A stretch of DNA of 44,226 nucleotides from Stramenopiles sp. TOSAG23-3 (Eukaryota). Numbering within the stretch: position 1 is the stretch's first letter; each line of letters opens with the position of its first letter. Both the position numbers and the translations under genes were made by a program. Shown piece by piece: positions 1 through 10,204 of the stretch. The DNA lies in contig LT642175.1 in assembly GCA_900128585.1 (NCBI GenBank), positions 1-44,226 of the forward strand, read 5' to 3'. The notes under the pieces were generated by a model. It was not told the DNA's origin. It did not search any database and worked only from the letters and a program-made list of their open reading frames with translations.

Positions 1-226
1 AGATATATTATTATATTATTATTTATGATAATAAGTTTATATAAAATATATGATAGACTTCACAAAGGCAAGACAGATGATATTAAAATATTTATGTTCT
101 TAACAACATCCATTAAGATTATGACGGCGATCGGAATCATCATCGTACAGGTTTAAGAGTTTCTTATAATAACCAGTATTATTTCATTCGTCCTTGTTTT
201 CTTCCCTCCCTCTCTCCATCATCCGC

Positions 227-655
227 ATGTTCTCGAGTCTTTGTGTATTGGCAAAACGCTTCGTCCGCCCTAGTGCCGTTTCCAACCTTCGGGCACTATC
301 GAAGCGGAATGCTTCGTCGGCTGGCGAAGCGATTAAATTCACAATAATAGATGGCGACAAGGAAGAATTTGAGGTTTCGTTGAGCCCCGGCGAACATTTG
401 CACGATGCGGCGATCGACGCTGGCGTCGACTTGGAGTGCGCGTGCGACGGGGAGGCCATGTGTAGTACGTGTCACTGTATTTTTACAGAGGACGTGTTCT
501 CGGCCTTGCCCCCGATTTCAGAAGAGGAGGAAGACATGCTAGATTTAGCACTTGGCTTGCAGGACACGTCGAGGCTAGCGTGTCAGATCAAGTACCAGCC
601 AGAACTTAACAATTGCATCATTACCCTCCCCGATGAAGTGGCAGACTACTACTGA
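227..655 (+). CDS. FDX2: Mitochondrial adrenodoxin-type [2Fe-2S] ferredoxin (Yah1/FDX2-like)
   Basis: ATG at 227; basic Ser/Arg-rich presequence-like N-terminus; ACDGEAMCSTCH, EEEDMLDLA and SRLACQI motifs typical of the adrenodoxin family. Confidence 0.92.
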   Translation: MFSSLCVLAKRFVRPSAVSNLRALSKRNASSAGEAIKFTIIDGDKEEFEVSLSPGEHLHDAAIDAGVDLECACDGEAMCSTCHCIFTEDVFSALPPISEEEEDMLDLALGLQDTSRLACQIKYQPELNNCIITLPDEVADYY

Positions 656-1026
656 GTTTTTTTAAGCACGGGCGGCCCGCGGTTTGTGCGAAGGGGAAGA
701 GGAATGGTGAGGAGGAAACGTCGCGTTTTGGGGTGTGGGATTGTTTTTACGTAATTTAAAAGTCACGTACACGCATTTTGCAGTAGATTTGTTCTTCATT
801 TTTACCAAAAACTTGAATTACAAAATAATAATAATAAGGAGAAACACTTTTTTTATAATCTTTTTTTTCTTTCCTCCTTTTTCTCTTTTCCAGTTTAAAA
901 AAAAATTACTCATCGAGACCGAAAAATTTCATTGGGATATTGTTTCTACAAATAATCAGCTTCCCGAATATTTTTGGTCGGGGCATCGAAACGACGGGCC
1001 ACTCCTCCCGCCACCATCCGTTTGCA

Positions 1027-3492
1027 CTAATCGTCATCTTCTTGCTCGGTCATGCGGTCTCCCCATGCTACGTTGCTCTCGTCGTTGTCATCGAATGCTT
1101 TAAAATTGTCCCTCGCCGAGCTTTGGGCCCCGGTTGCCTCCGCAAAGGCGTTGGCGCGAGAATTGTTTGCTACCGGCTTCGAACTACCGTTCGACCCGGG
1201 CGCACTAGTCCTACTTGCAGGAGGAGATTTTTTCTTTATAATATCGGCAAAAGTTGGACGCCCACCACTCCCGTTCGCGCTATTGTCCGCGCTCCCCCAC
1301 CGCGAGCCACCACTGCTGGCCGGCGCGCCCTTTGCGCCATCGCTGTCTCCCACACTACCATCTAATTGCGAAGACGCCGACTTTTTTTTGTCTTCTTTCC
1401 TATCTTTGGCTTGGTCGGCGCTCGCCTTGGCGGCACTGCTGCTTCGGCTACGGCTGCTGCCGCTGTCTTCCTTGTCGCCCGCCGAATTCCTCTCCTGGAG
1501 CTCTTTTTCCTTTTGCACCCTGGCGCGCTCGCGTTCTTCGGTCAACTCTGGCCTCTCCCAACCCCTCCGTGGGGCCGGCACGCTCGGCCCGGCTGCCGGC
1601 GTCACCACGGACGAGCCCTCTCGCTGGCCCGCGCCCCTCGCCTCCTGGTTGCCGGAGCCGCTCCTCTCCCGGCCGCTCGCCCCTTGGGGCTTTCCACCCT
1701 TCGCCTTGCCCTTGGGCTCCTTGCCCCGGCCCTTCTTCGCCGCGTCCTTCCCGCCCTTCGCCTTCGCGGGGGCCGCCGCGGGCTTCACGGGGACGTTCGC
1801 CGTCTTGGCCACTGTCGCCGCCCACGAGAAGGTTTTGGTGTCGGCCGCCTTGGCGCCGGCCGCCGGGGCCGCCTCCTGCGCGGGTGGGGCCGCTGCCGTG
1901 GAAGCGTTCTGCTCCGCCGTGCTGACGGCCCCTTCGATGACGGCTTTCACCGTGGACGACGCGGCCTTCTTCGCGTTGCCCGCGTCCTCAACGTTGCTCT
2001 TGAGACGAGAGAACGCTTCCATCTTCGCGTCCTTCGCGTCTTGGGGCGGCGGGGAGCGGGTCGCGGACCCGTCCCCGCTCCCCCACGTCGGGTTCGCGGA
2101 CGGCGCCTTGGTCGTGCGCCCGAGGGACGGAAAGTCCGACGCGCTGTTAAAATTGATCTTCGTGTTCTTCGATCCCCTTCGACCTTTTCCGTCCTTCCCA
2201 CCAGAGTTCGACTTCGACTTGCCTTGGGAGTCCTGGGACTTCTTACTATCTTTGTTACCACCCTTCCGCTTCGAGCGCTTCCCACTACCGTCTTTCGAAC
2301 TGTTCCCGGCCATGGCCCCGTCCCCTTTGTTGCCTCCCATGCCCGGGGCGCCTTGCATGTAAAATTGCCCGCCCCCGGCGCCATTCTGTTGGTTGTACCG
2401 CTGGCCGTTTCGCCCGCCGTTGCCATTGCCCTGGTTGCCCCCGCGGCGCCCGCCCGAGCCGTTGTTCCCCTGGTTCCGGCCGCCGCCGAACCGCTGGTTG
2501 GAGCCCCCGGCGCCCCCGTAGTTGTTGTAGTTGCCGTTGTTTCCTGAGCCCCCACGGTTACCGCGCTGGCCGCCGCCCATGTTCTTTCCCTTGCCCCCCT
2601 GGTAGCTCATCTGGGGTCGGTACATTTGAGGCGGCGCATTCATGTACGCCCCGCCGTTCATGTACGGCATCCCGTTGTTCATGTACTGCGGCGGGCCGGG
2701 CATGGGCATCCCGTTCATGTACCCGTACAGGGGCGGCATGCCGCCGCCCTGCATCGGGGCGAACATGGCGGGCATGTTGACCTGCTGCGGGCGGTAGTGG
2801 TTCGAGTTCGGCGCGTTGCCGCCGGCCGACGCGGCCCCGGGCCCGGCGTGGCCCTTGTCCGACAGGGATGACTGGCCCTGGGACGACGAGCCCTTGGGGG
2901 TCACGGAGCGCAGCAGGCTCTCGGTCTTGAGCCCCCCGCGGACGGGCTTCCCTTTGAACTCTTTCCCGAGCAGCCCGAGGAGCGCCGTCTTGGCGGCCTC
3001 CTCGTTCTCCAAGCGAACGAACCACACGTCGTTGACGTCGCTGCGGACGCTGACCGCGGTCGCGCCAACCTCGGCGAACAGGGCCTTGATGTCGTCCGCC
3101 GGAATGTCGGACGCGATGTCCCGCAGGATGATGGTGTTCCGCTCGAGGGAAAAGTTCGGCTTGACCAGGTAGTTGTCGCCGGACACGGTCAGCGAGACCA
3201 GCTCACTCTGCTTGATCGCCTTGACCACCACGGTCACGTCCTTCGTCAGGCTTGCGATCTTTGGGAAGTTGTGGATCGTGTTCACCGGCACATTCAGCAG
3301 GTTGTCCATCTGGGACACCAAGTACCCGTCGTTCTGCAGGTTCTCCCGCGAGAGGTAGAACTCCACCTGCTTCTGCACGGCGGCCTCCAACGCTGCGCCC
3401 GTCAGCTTTGGCCCGGCCTTGTCGGCGGTCGCTTCGCTCCCGCCCGTTTCGCTGAGGCTCAGCTGTGCAGTAGAACTGGGTGCAACACTCAT
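1027..3492 (-). CDS. LARP4: La-related RNA-binding protein, LARP4-like (La motif + RRM-like + long low-complexity tail)
   Basis: QKQVEFYLSRENLQNDGYLVSQMD La motif; RNTIILRDI...NDVWFVRLENEEAA RRM-like domain; DFPSL and FADII motifs resemble LARP4 C-terminal conserved motifs. ATG at 3492. Confidence 0.85.
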   Translation of the reverse strand: MSVAPSSTAQLSLSETGGSEATADKAGPKLTGAALEAAVQKQVEFYLSRENLQNDGYLVSQMDNLLNVPVNTIHNFPKIASLTKDVTVVVKAIKQSELVSLTVSGDNYLVKPNFSLERNTIILRDIASDIPADDIKALFAEVGATAVSVRSDVNDVWFVRLENEEAAKTALLGLLGKEFKGKPVRGGLKTESLLRSVTPKGSSSQGQSSLSDKGHAGPGAASAGGNAPNSNHYRPQQVNMPAMFAPMQGGGMPPLYGYMNGMPMPGPPQYMNNGMPYMNGGAYMNAPPQMYRPQMSYQGGKGKNMGGGQRGNRGGSGNNGNYNNYGGAGGSNQRFGGGRNQGNNGSGGRRGGNQGNGNGGRNGQRYNQQNGAGGGQFYMQGAPGMGGNKGDGAMAGNSSKDGSGKRSKRKGGNKDSKKSQDSQGKSKSNSGGKDGKGRRGSKNTKINFNSASDFPSLGRTTKAPSANPTWGSGDGSATRSPPPQDAKDAKMEAFSRLKSNVEDAGNAKKAASSTVKAVIEGAVSTAEQNASTAAAPPAQEAAPAAGAKAADTKTFSWAATVAKTANVPVKPAAAPAKAKGGKDAAKKGRGKEPKGKAKGGKPQGASGRERSGSGNQEARGAGQREGSSVVTPAAGPSVPAPRRGWERPELTEERERARVQKEKELQERNSAGDKEDSGSSRSRSSSAAKASADQAKDRKEDKKKSASSQLDGSVGDSDGAKGAPASSGGSRWGSADNSANGSGGRPTFADIIKKKSPPASRTSAPGSNGSSKPVANNSRANAFAEATGAQSSARDNFKAFDDNDESNVAWGDRMTEQEDDD

Positions 3493-4360
3493 CGTTAAAC
3501 AAAGAAAACTCTCGAACAAACAGCAGTCTGTCAAAATATAGAATTCAAGAAGAAGAAGAAAAAAACGTGTGCAACCGGACTGACAAACTATGCAACAACC
3601 TCTTCAGCACGCGATGACTTTTGGTTGGTGGTGACGTACGTATATATATTGGTTCTGCCTTCTTACTTTTCGCTGGTAAACAAAAATAAAAATGCAATCT
3701 TTCGTCTTATATATAAACAAATGAAGTTCTGGACAATAATCTTCCGCCGTGTTATAAACCTTCTCTTTTCCCGTCTGCCTTACATATACACTCTTCCTTT
3801 GTTCCCACTCACTTGATGGTTTACTTTCCTCGTTCACCACCGAACCTGTTAGTTGTTTTTAATTTATTTCTATTATTTCTTTCTCGCAACAAAAAATTAA
3901 ATTATCTACCTACGTCATTTTACTAAATAAGGTATTGTATATTTTATAATATATACTAATGATAAGTAAATACAATACTTATATAATAATAATATGTATT
4001 TAAACTTTCCTTAATACATTTCGCTATTCCAGAATTAAAGCATTTCTTTTCTTTTATCTTTTTTTGTGTTGTTGTTGCAACTCTTCATTTAAAACCCATA
4101 GTATTTCCCTTCTAAATAAAAATTGTTTGTGGTATGAAATGTGGCTATGGATGGAATTCATTCAATCACTTTTTTCTATTATTTCTTTTATTTTGTACTT
4201 CGCTTATACTCTTAAGACTACGATACATAAGGTACACTCTTTAAGCTGAAAGTAATTAAATAATACACACCATCCACCCATTTTAAGAACATTTAATAGA
4301 ATAGGAATAGCGTTACTTCATTTAAATACCCTTTTCACCTATTATTTATTTATTTGCTTT

Positions 4361-4442
4361 TTGCCTTGCTTTTGCCTTGCTTTTGCCTTGCTTTTGCCTT
4401 GCTTTTGCCTTGCTTTTGCCTTGCTTTTGCCTTGCTTTTGCC
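4361..4442. repeat. Perfect 11-bp tandem repeat (TTGCCTTGCTT) x about 7.5
   Basis: Read directly from the sequence. Confidence 0.95.
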
Positions 4443-5912
4443 GGTATTTAATTAAAAAGAGAACCAACCTTTTAAACCCTTTTCTTTTCTTTAAATTAAA
4501 ACCAAACCACCTTCCTTCCTCCTCTCTCTCCTTCTTTCTCTCCTTCTCTCTTTCTTACTCTCTTTGCTTTCTTATACTCTCTCCTTATACTCTCCTCTTC
4601 TTGATTTTGAGAGACGGACTTATCTTATTTCGTTTAGTCAGAATGGACTTTTAAGTAAGTATTTAAATGCCTCCGATACTGTGTTCCTGTATGGAACCAA
4701 CCTGTGACCCACTTCTTTCTTTCTATTTTTTTAATTTTAATTCTTTCTTTCGCGCAAGCCAAGCCAAGCCGCCCTTCAATCAATCAGCCCACCCTATCAT
4801 AATGGTAATTTGTGCCCTCGCTATCTATGTTATTTATAAAAAGAACATCAAAATACTAAAACAATTGAGAATAAGAATCAACATATTATATACTATTATT
4901 ACCTTTACGATAATCCATTAATATTCAATAATAAGGGTTTGTTCTTGATACTTGCTTTGGTTCGACAACCATTCATTCATTTAAATTATTTCTTCAAAAA
5001 AGAAAGAAAGAAAGAAAGAAAGAAAGAAGGCCTCGGAAGAGTCGGAAGGAGTAGAAATATAAATAATGTTAGAATAAGGGTATTATAATTAACCCTAATG
5101 GTAACATTATTATCAATACCCTATTCATAACACATTTATGAAGAAACGACAACTTCCTTCACCAAAGTCCGAATTTTAAATGTACATCGGGTTATAATAT
5201 TACTATCGATTGTTGAAAATGTCCGTTGTTGATTTTTTTTTTAATTATTCGATAATTTATTTCGTCGGTCGGTCGGGACAACAACAAAATAAGTCATCAT
5301 TAAGGATATCTATATATATATGATAATATATGCTATGTGGATGTAAATAGAGGTATATTTTATCCCTTTTTTTTCTTCTATTTAGTTATAATTATATATG
5401 AATAAATGATTTCATCTAAATCCCTTTAGACATATAGCCTTATCATTCCAAATGGTCTTACATCGTTATTCCTATAGACACGTATCCTTAATGGTGGTTT
5501 ATTTTGTCTCTCTCCAGCCAAATTATAATTTCGGAAGAAGAAGAAAGAAGAAGAAGAAGGAGGTCACCACTACTTAATTTATTATTTAATATATTTTTAC
5601 AATAGGAGGATGAAACTTCCACCCGTTGTACTTATAATTAAATGATGTAATGTATTTTCCTATCAATACAAAATAGTAGTAGAAGAAAAAGAAAGAAAGA
5701 AGATGAAGAAAGAAGAAGAAGAAGAAAAAAATATCGATCATCTTTTTTTTTGCTATTGCCCATCCCCATGCGTGAGCAATTACTATAGTAAATATATTGA
5801 TTATGTTTGAAGCAACAGAAAGTGTGTTTAAACTTCCGATCGACCTGACGCAACGGTACAATCGGCAACGTCAACAACGCACAGCGAACAATACCAACTA
5901 AATTTAGAAACC

Positions 5913-7487
5913 ATGACGACTCGTATGTTGGACAACTGGGCCAAGCGGTCTGCGAACGCGGCGGCGAGGCGGAAATCTGGGTCTGCCGAGCTGGAACGGA
6001 AGAAACGCAAACAACAAGCCTTGGAGAGGAAACGTCTTGCCCAACGAAAGCAGGTGGTCAAGGTCAGAAGGGGGCAATGCCACCAGAACAGCAACAATTC
6101 TGAACTGCAGGCCTTTCTGAAACGGGTCAATATAAGCAACAAGCACAAGCTTGGAAAGTCGGGCAAACTGAAACGGGTGAACCGTCACCCTGACCCGCGC
6201 AACAAGCAAGACAGGCAGGAGGCGCGCGAACGGTACAACAAACTGCTCGAACAAAACGTCGAAGGGTCGAATGCACCGTCCCAAACCCGTTCGCGCCAAC
6301 AGGCCACCCCGACGGCCATCTTAACCGGGAAAGAGGCGCCCGAGTCGAATTTTTACGTGAAGCGAAAGGAGGGCTCAAAAACGAACGAGTGGGCAATGCT
6401 TGGAATTTACCAAGCCGAGAAGAGTGGCGTGGACGCAACGTCGAAGGAACGAAAGCGCCGTGTGGAGGCACAAAAGGTGGAAGCATACTTAAAGAGGCAA
6501 GAGCAGAGCAAGTACGTGGAGATGAAGAAAGAGCAAGAGGACAAAGCCTACTGGCTAAAGTACGAAAGAGCGCAAAAGAAGAACTGGTTGAAAGAGCAAA
6601 AGCTGGTGAAACAGAACAATTTAGAAAAACATAGAGTTATTCAGGTGGAGAGAAACAAGCAATTAGAGCACCAGAAGCGGCGGTTGCAGGCGGAACGGGC
6701 CCGTCGCCACAAGGAAGAAATGCAGATCGTGAACCGACAAAAGCGAGAGGTGGAACGAGAAAAGCTAGAAAAGATGAAAGTCATAAAGCAGAAAGAAAAA
6801 GAGCTGGAAGTCATCAAAAATGAAAACGCCCTCATACAAATTCAACGCGAAAAGCAAAAGCAAGAGATGTGGGCGGAGGAGGCACGGATCGACGCCCAGT
6901 GGACAGAGATCCTGGACAAACAAGAGCGGGCCAGGGAGAAGCGGTTGCAGGACCTTTATGACCGACAGCACAAACTGGTGGCCATCGGGCAACAGACCCA
7001 GAATAACGTCGCGGCAGACCTGGCGAAGGAAGCCGCCCGTATCAAGCGGCACCAAGACGCGCAGATCCGGCGAGAAAACGAGAAAGCGCTCCAGAAGGAG
7101 CAGATGGCAAAGCAGCGGAAGATCGAGATGATGAAGTCCATCGATGGCGCCGTGGCCCGAAAGCGACAGGAAGAAGAGACACAGCGCCGCAAAGACTTGG
7201 AGTTTGGCATAAAAATGAACAAAATCGCAAAGGAGAAGCTAGACGCGCAAGACGCCAAGTTCAGCCTGCGGCTGAAAGCAAAGGAGGACTACCGGCGGGA
7301 TTTAGTGCGCCAAATTGCTGGCGACAATGCAAGAAAGGCGGAGGCGAGGGCCGCCATGGACGTCATTGAAAGGCAGATCAACACCTCCCTGATCAGAACT
7401 GTCAAGGACAAGTTCGAAAGGGAAAACAGATGGATGAAAATGCCAAAGAGTAACGCAAACATTAAACTGTCCCAAATTCCTTTGTGA
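5913..7487 (+). CDS. Long charged coiled-coil protein, trichohyalin/TPH-like; possible axonemal protein
   Basis: 524-aa ATG ORF, E/K/R/Q-rich and helical throughout with sparse Trp anchors (NEWAML, EMWAEE, QWTEIL). Family assignment is inference. Confidence 0.7.
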   Translation: MTTRMLDNWAKRSANAAARRKSGSAELERKKRKQQALERKRLAQRKQVVKVRRGQCHQNSNNSELQAFLKRVNISNKHKLGKSGKLKRVNRHPDPRNKQDRQEARERYNKLLEQNVEGSNAPSQTRSRQQATPTAILTGKEAPESNFYVKRKEGSKTNEWAMLGIYQAEKSGVDATSKERKRRVEAQKVEAYLKRQEQSKYVEMKKEQEDKAYWLKYERAQKKNWLKEQKLVKQNNLEKHRVIQVERNKQLEHQKRRLQAERARRHKEEMQIVNRQKREVEREKLEKMKVIKQKEKELEVIKNENALIQIQREKQKQEMWAEEARIDAQWTEILDKQERAREKRLQDLYDRQHKLVAIGQQTQNNVAADLAKEAARIKRHQDAQIRRENEKALQKEQMAKQRKIEMMKSIDGAVARKRQEEETQRRKDLEFGIKMNKIAKEKLDAQDAKFSLRLKAKEDYRRDLVRQIAGDNARKAEARAAMDVIERQINTSLIRTVKDKFERENRWMKMPKSNANIKLSQIPL

Positions 7488-8470
7488 TTGCAATTACCTC
7501 TTGCCTTTAAAAACACACTTTAGATGAAGAAGTACAACTCGTGTAATGAAATTGTTTGTAGTATAGTATTATTATATCAATTCAAGTACTACTATATATA
7601 AAGAAAATAAGTAAATACTACCAAGGGTACCATAAGAAAACGAGGACAGAGGAGGAGTAATAACAAATTAGATTCTTTTCTTTTTTTATCCTATCTATTA
7701 TCACTATTCTTTAATAGCCCATAAAGTACAAAATCTCCCTCACACCTATAAATAATAAAACGAGTGAGGAGTGAGGAGAGACGAAACAATTTTTTTTGTC
7801 GTTATTTTTTTATCAGTATTAACATAAGAATAGCATTATTTATTCCTTCTTCTATCTGATAAAAAATAGACGACAGCATTGTTAGATAGAAGAAGACTAG
7901 CATCATTATTATTTATATTAATTTAATGAAAAAAAACTAACAATTATTAACAGAAATACAGTAACACAGCGTGAAGAAGAAAAAATAAAAAAATAATAAT
8001 AAAATAATAATGGGCAAAAAAAATAATAATTATTATATTATTATTTAATTATATATTTATTATTATTATATATACAAATACCAAGGTAATAAAGAGAAGA
8101 AGTAAATTCAACAATCAACGAAGAACCCCCCCACACCCAAAGCAACAATTCACTTTTCCTTGTTATTAATTATTGATGGGGAAACAAAATGCCCCCACAT
8201 TGCAACGGTTTCAAATACGTTAGAGGAAGAGACATGTATACATAGATTGACCGAGAACGATATCGTTATTAAACAAAACTGAAGTATTTGTAGCAATATA
8301 TCAAAAATTACTTAGATCGGTGTATCTGTACGTTCGTGAGTGAGTCTTCATTCGGAGTGTGTACTTGTGGGGGCTTCACTTAGTCTGAGCGCGATACGGT
8401 TTTGGGGTTGAACGAAGTTTACTTTTACACGCCAAGGCATTTCAAACCTCAGTATTCGATCGATAACACA

Positions 8471-9961
8471 ATGATGGAAACCAACAGTTGGGCCAATTTG
8501 AGCGCGCACACCGTTGACAATTTGACCCCAGGGAAGAAGGCGGCGTTGAAGCCTCTTTCGGCGAACTCTTCGGCGTCCAAACACAACATTGACCAGCAGA
8601 TTACCTTTAAACGAAAACAAATAGTACAAAACGGCGACAAGAAGACACCCTTCCGCGAGACCCCGCGCAAGAAACATAGCAAATCAGCGCGCAAGAAACC
8701 CTCTGCTCTGAAATCTTTGACGAAAGCCAGAACGAAAATAAAACAGCGTCGAGCATCAAAACATACCCCAAAGAAACCATCCTTTGAAATATACGAAGAC
8801 AGGCCTGCAGTCCCGGAGTGCCCACCGTCCCCTGGGCCCCCGCCTCCCCCGCCACAGCAACGAGGGAAGGAGGCTACGCATGCAAAAAATCCGTTTGAAA
8901 CGGTCAATAGAGAGCAAAGGCCCCAGAACTTTCCGATAACACCGGGGTTTGGGCCCCCTGCCCAACAAAAGAATAGTACACGTAAACAGCCTGTGACGTT
9001 CAACTTTACGTCCCCCGCCCGGGCGAATTCGAGCGCCCGTCGAAGTACTCACCGGTCAGAGAAAAAGCGTGCTCGAGTAGAGCATTACAACGTGATAAAT
9101 ACTGACTCTCGCGAGGGATTGGCGAGACAAGAAAACGTTGAATCTGCGTTTCAAAAGATCGGACGGCGGGCTCACCACCAACACTTGAAACAAGCGTTTT
9201 CGATGTTGCTTCGAAACGCGTTCTCGAAGACTCGCAAGGATAGAAGAAATCACGACCTCATGCAACGCGTGCAGAGCACACTGGCGGAGTCCCAGTCTAC
9301 TGCGCAAAGGATCGTTCAGAACAACGTTTTGATGCTGCAAGAAAAAATAAAATCCATGTCAAGCCGTCTAGAAGAAGAAGCGAGTAAACATTCGCGGCCC
9401 CGGCCGAGGGAGCAAGAGCCAATGCCGGAAGAAGAAGTAGAGTTCCATTACCCTTCCATGAAGTATGAAGCGCCGATGCACGTGTCAACGGGAAAGGAGG
9501 CATGTGCAAACAGCAGGCCAACGAACCCCGGGCGCTCCCATGCGGCAGCGGAGAGTCGCCCTACAGCAGAGAGTCGACAGTCTTCGAAATATTATAACGC
9601 CCTAGACGTTTTCGAAAGCGTCATGGACAATAAAGAATTCGTTAGCGAAGAGGACCAGGACTTAGTGATGGAAAACCTGAAGTCTGTCTTGAATGCCACG
9701 GGCCTCAACAGCGTGGAGAAAACAAGAAGGCCAAACACTCCCTTGTGCGGGTTTGACCTGCCGGAGGACAAGGAGATCCTGTTGGAAGCGATGAACGTTG
9801 CATCTATTCGCTCAAAAATTTTGAAGCAAAGCTCGGAGAGTAAGATTATTCGCTGGAAGTTCAGGTATTCAAAGCCGAACAGCAAGAGCACCGAAGAGGA
9901 CACCACCAACCCGACCATGTCGACAGCTGTTGTGATTCAAAACGAGCCGTCCAAGAAGTAA
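8471..9961 (+). CDS. Hypothetical, largely disordered basic protein with ABBA-like and D-box-like motifs
   Basis: Long ORF with coding-like GC bounded by AT-rich flanks; first ATG at 8471; FEIYED, KAALKPLSAN and several S/T-P-x-K/R sites. Confidence 0.75.
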   Translation: MMETNSWANLSAHTVDNLTPGKKAALKPLSANSSASKHNIDQQITFKRKQIVQNGDKKTPFRETPRKKHSKSARKKPSALKSLTKARTKIKQRRASKHTPKKPSFEIYEDRPAVPECPPSPGPPPPPPQQRGKEATHAKNPFETVNREQRPQNFPITPGFGPPAQQKNSTRKQPVTFNFTSPARANSSARRSTHRSEKKRARVEHYNVINTDSREGLARQENVESAFQKIGRRAHHQHLKQAFSMLLRNAFSKTRKDRRNHDLMQRVQSTLAESQSTAQRIVQNNVLMLQEKIKSMSSRLEEEASKHSRPRPREQEPMPEEEVEFHYPSMKYEAPMHVSTGKEACANSRPTNPGRSHAAAESRPTAESRQSSKYYNALDVFESVMDNKEFVSEEDQDLVMENLKSVLNATGLNSVEKTRRPNTPLCGFDLPEDKEILLEAMNVASIRSKILKQSSESKIIRWKFRYSKPNSKSTEEDTTNPTMSTAVVIQNEPSKK

Positions 9962-10108
9962 AGCCCCAAACGATTGTGCACGTGTAACACTGTTTTTCGT
10001 AAAATATAATTATTTACGAGAGTACGCTTTAATACTTTTGACGAAACGTGGGTGCGGCTGTGTTTTCAGTTTTAATCTGCAATATCAAATCGGATAATGA
10101 ATGGAGCA

Positions 10109-10174
10109 CACAAGAGTATATTTGATTAAATTTTACTAAAGGAATAAATAGCAGCCAATAGTTTTTGTTTTTAA
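10109..10174 (-). repeat. Dispersed 3'-gap repeat, internally deleted copy
   Basis: Minus strand TTAAAAACAAAAACTATTGGCTGCTATTTA..TTAGTAAAATTTAATCAAATATACTCTTGT matches the head and a distal part of the 28223-28412 copy. Confidence 0.75.
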
Positions 10175-10204
10175 TCTATCTTATTTGTTTTCCATAATGA
10201 AAAT

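Noticed and set aside
656-1026. Searched for the dispersed element in the ferredoxin/LARP4 gap (and the MIS12/MYCBP gap, 23206-23429)
   Set aside because: No convincing match by eye; these two convergent gaps are counted as lacking it.
1052-3502. Many long antisense and alternate-frame ORFs over LARP4
   Set aside because: Shadow ORFs caused by high GC and codon bias; no motifs.
4361-4442. Possible CRISPR array or telomere
   Set aside because: No spacers, internal location, eukaryotic context and not a known telomeric unit.
4959-4970. GGTTCGACAACC resembling a tRNA T-loop or B box
   Set aside because: Spacing does not fit GGTTCGANNCC, and there is no cloverleaf or A box.
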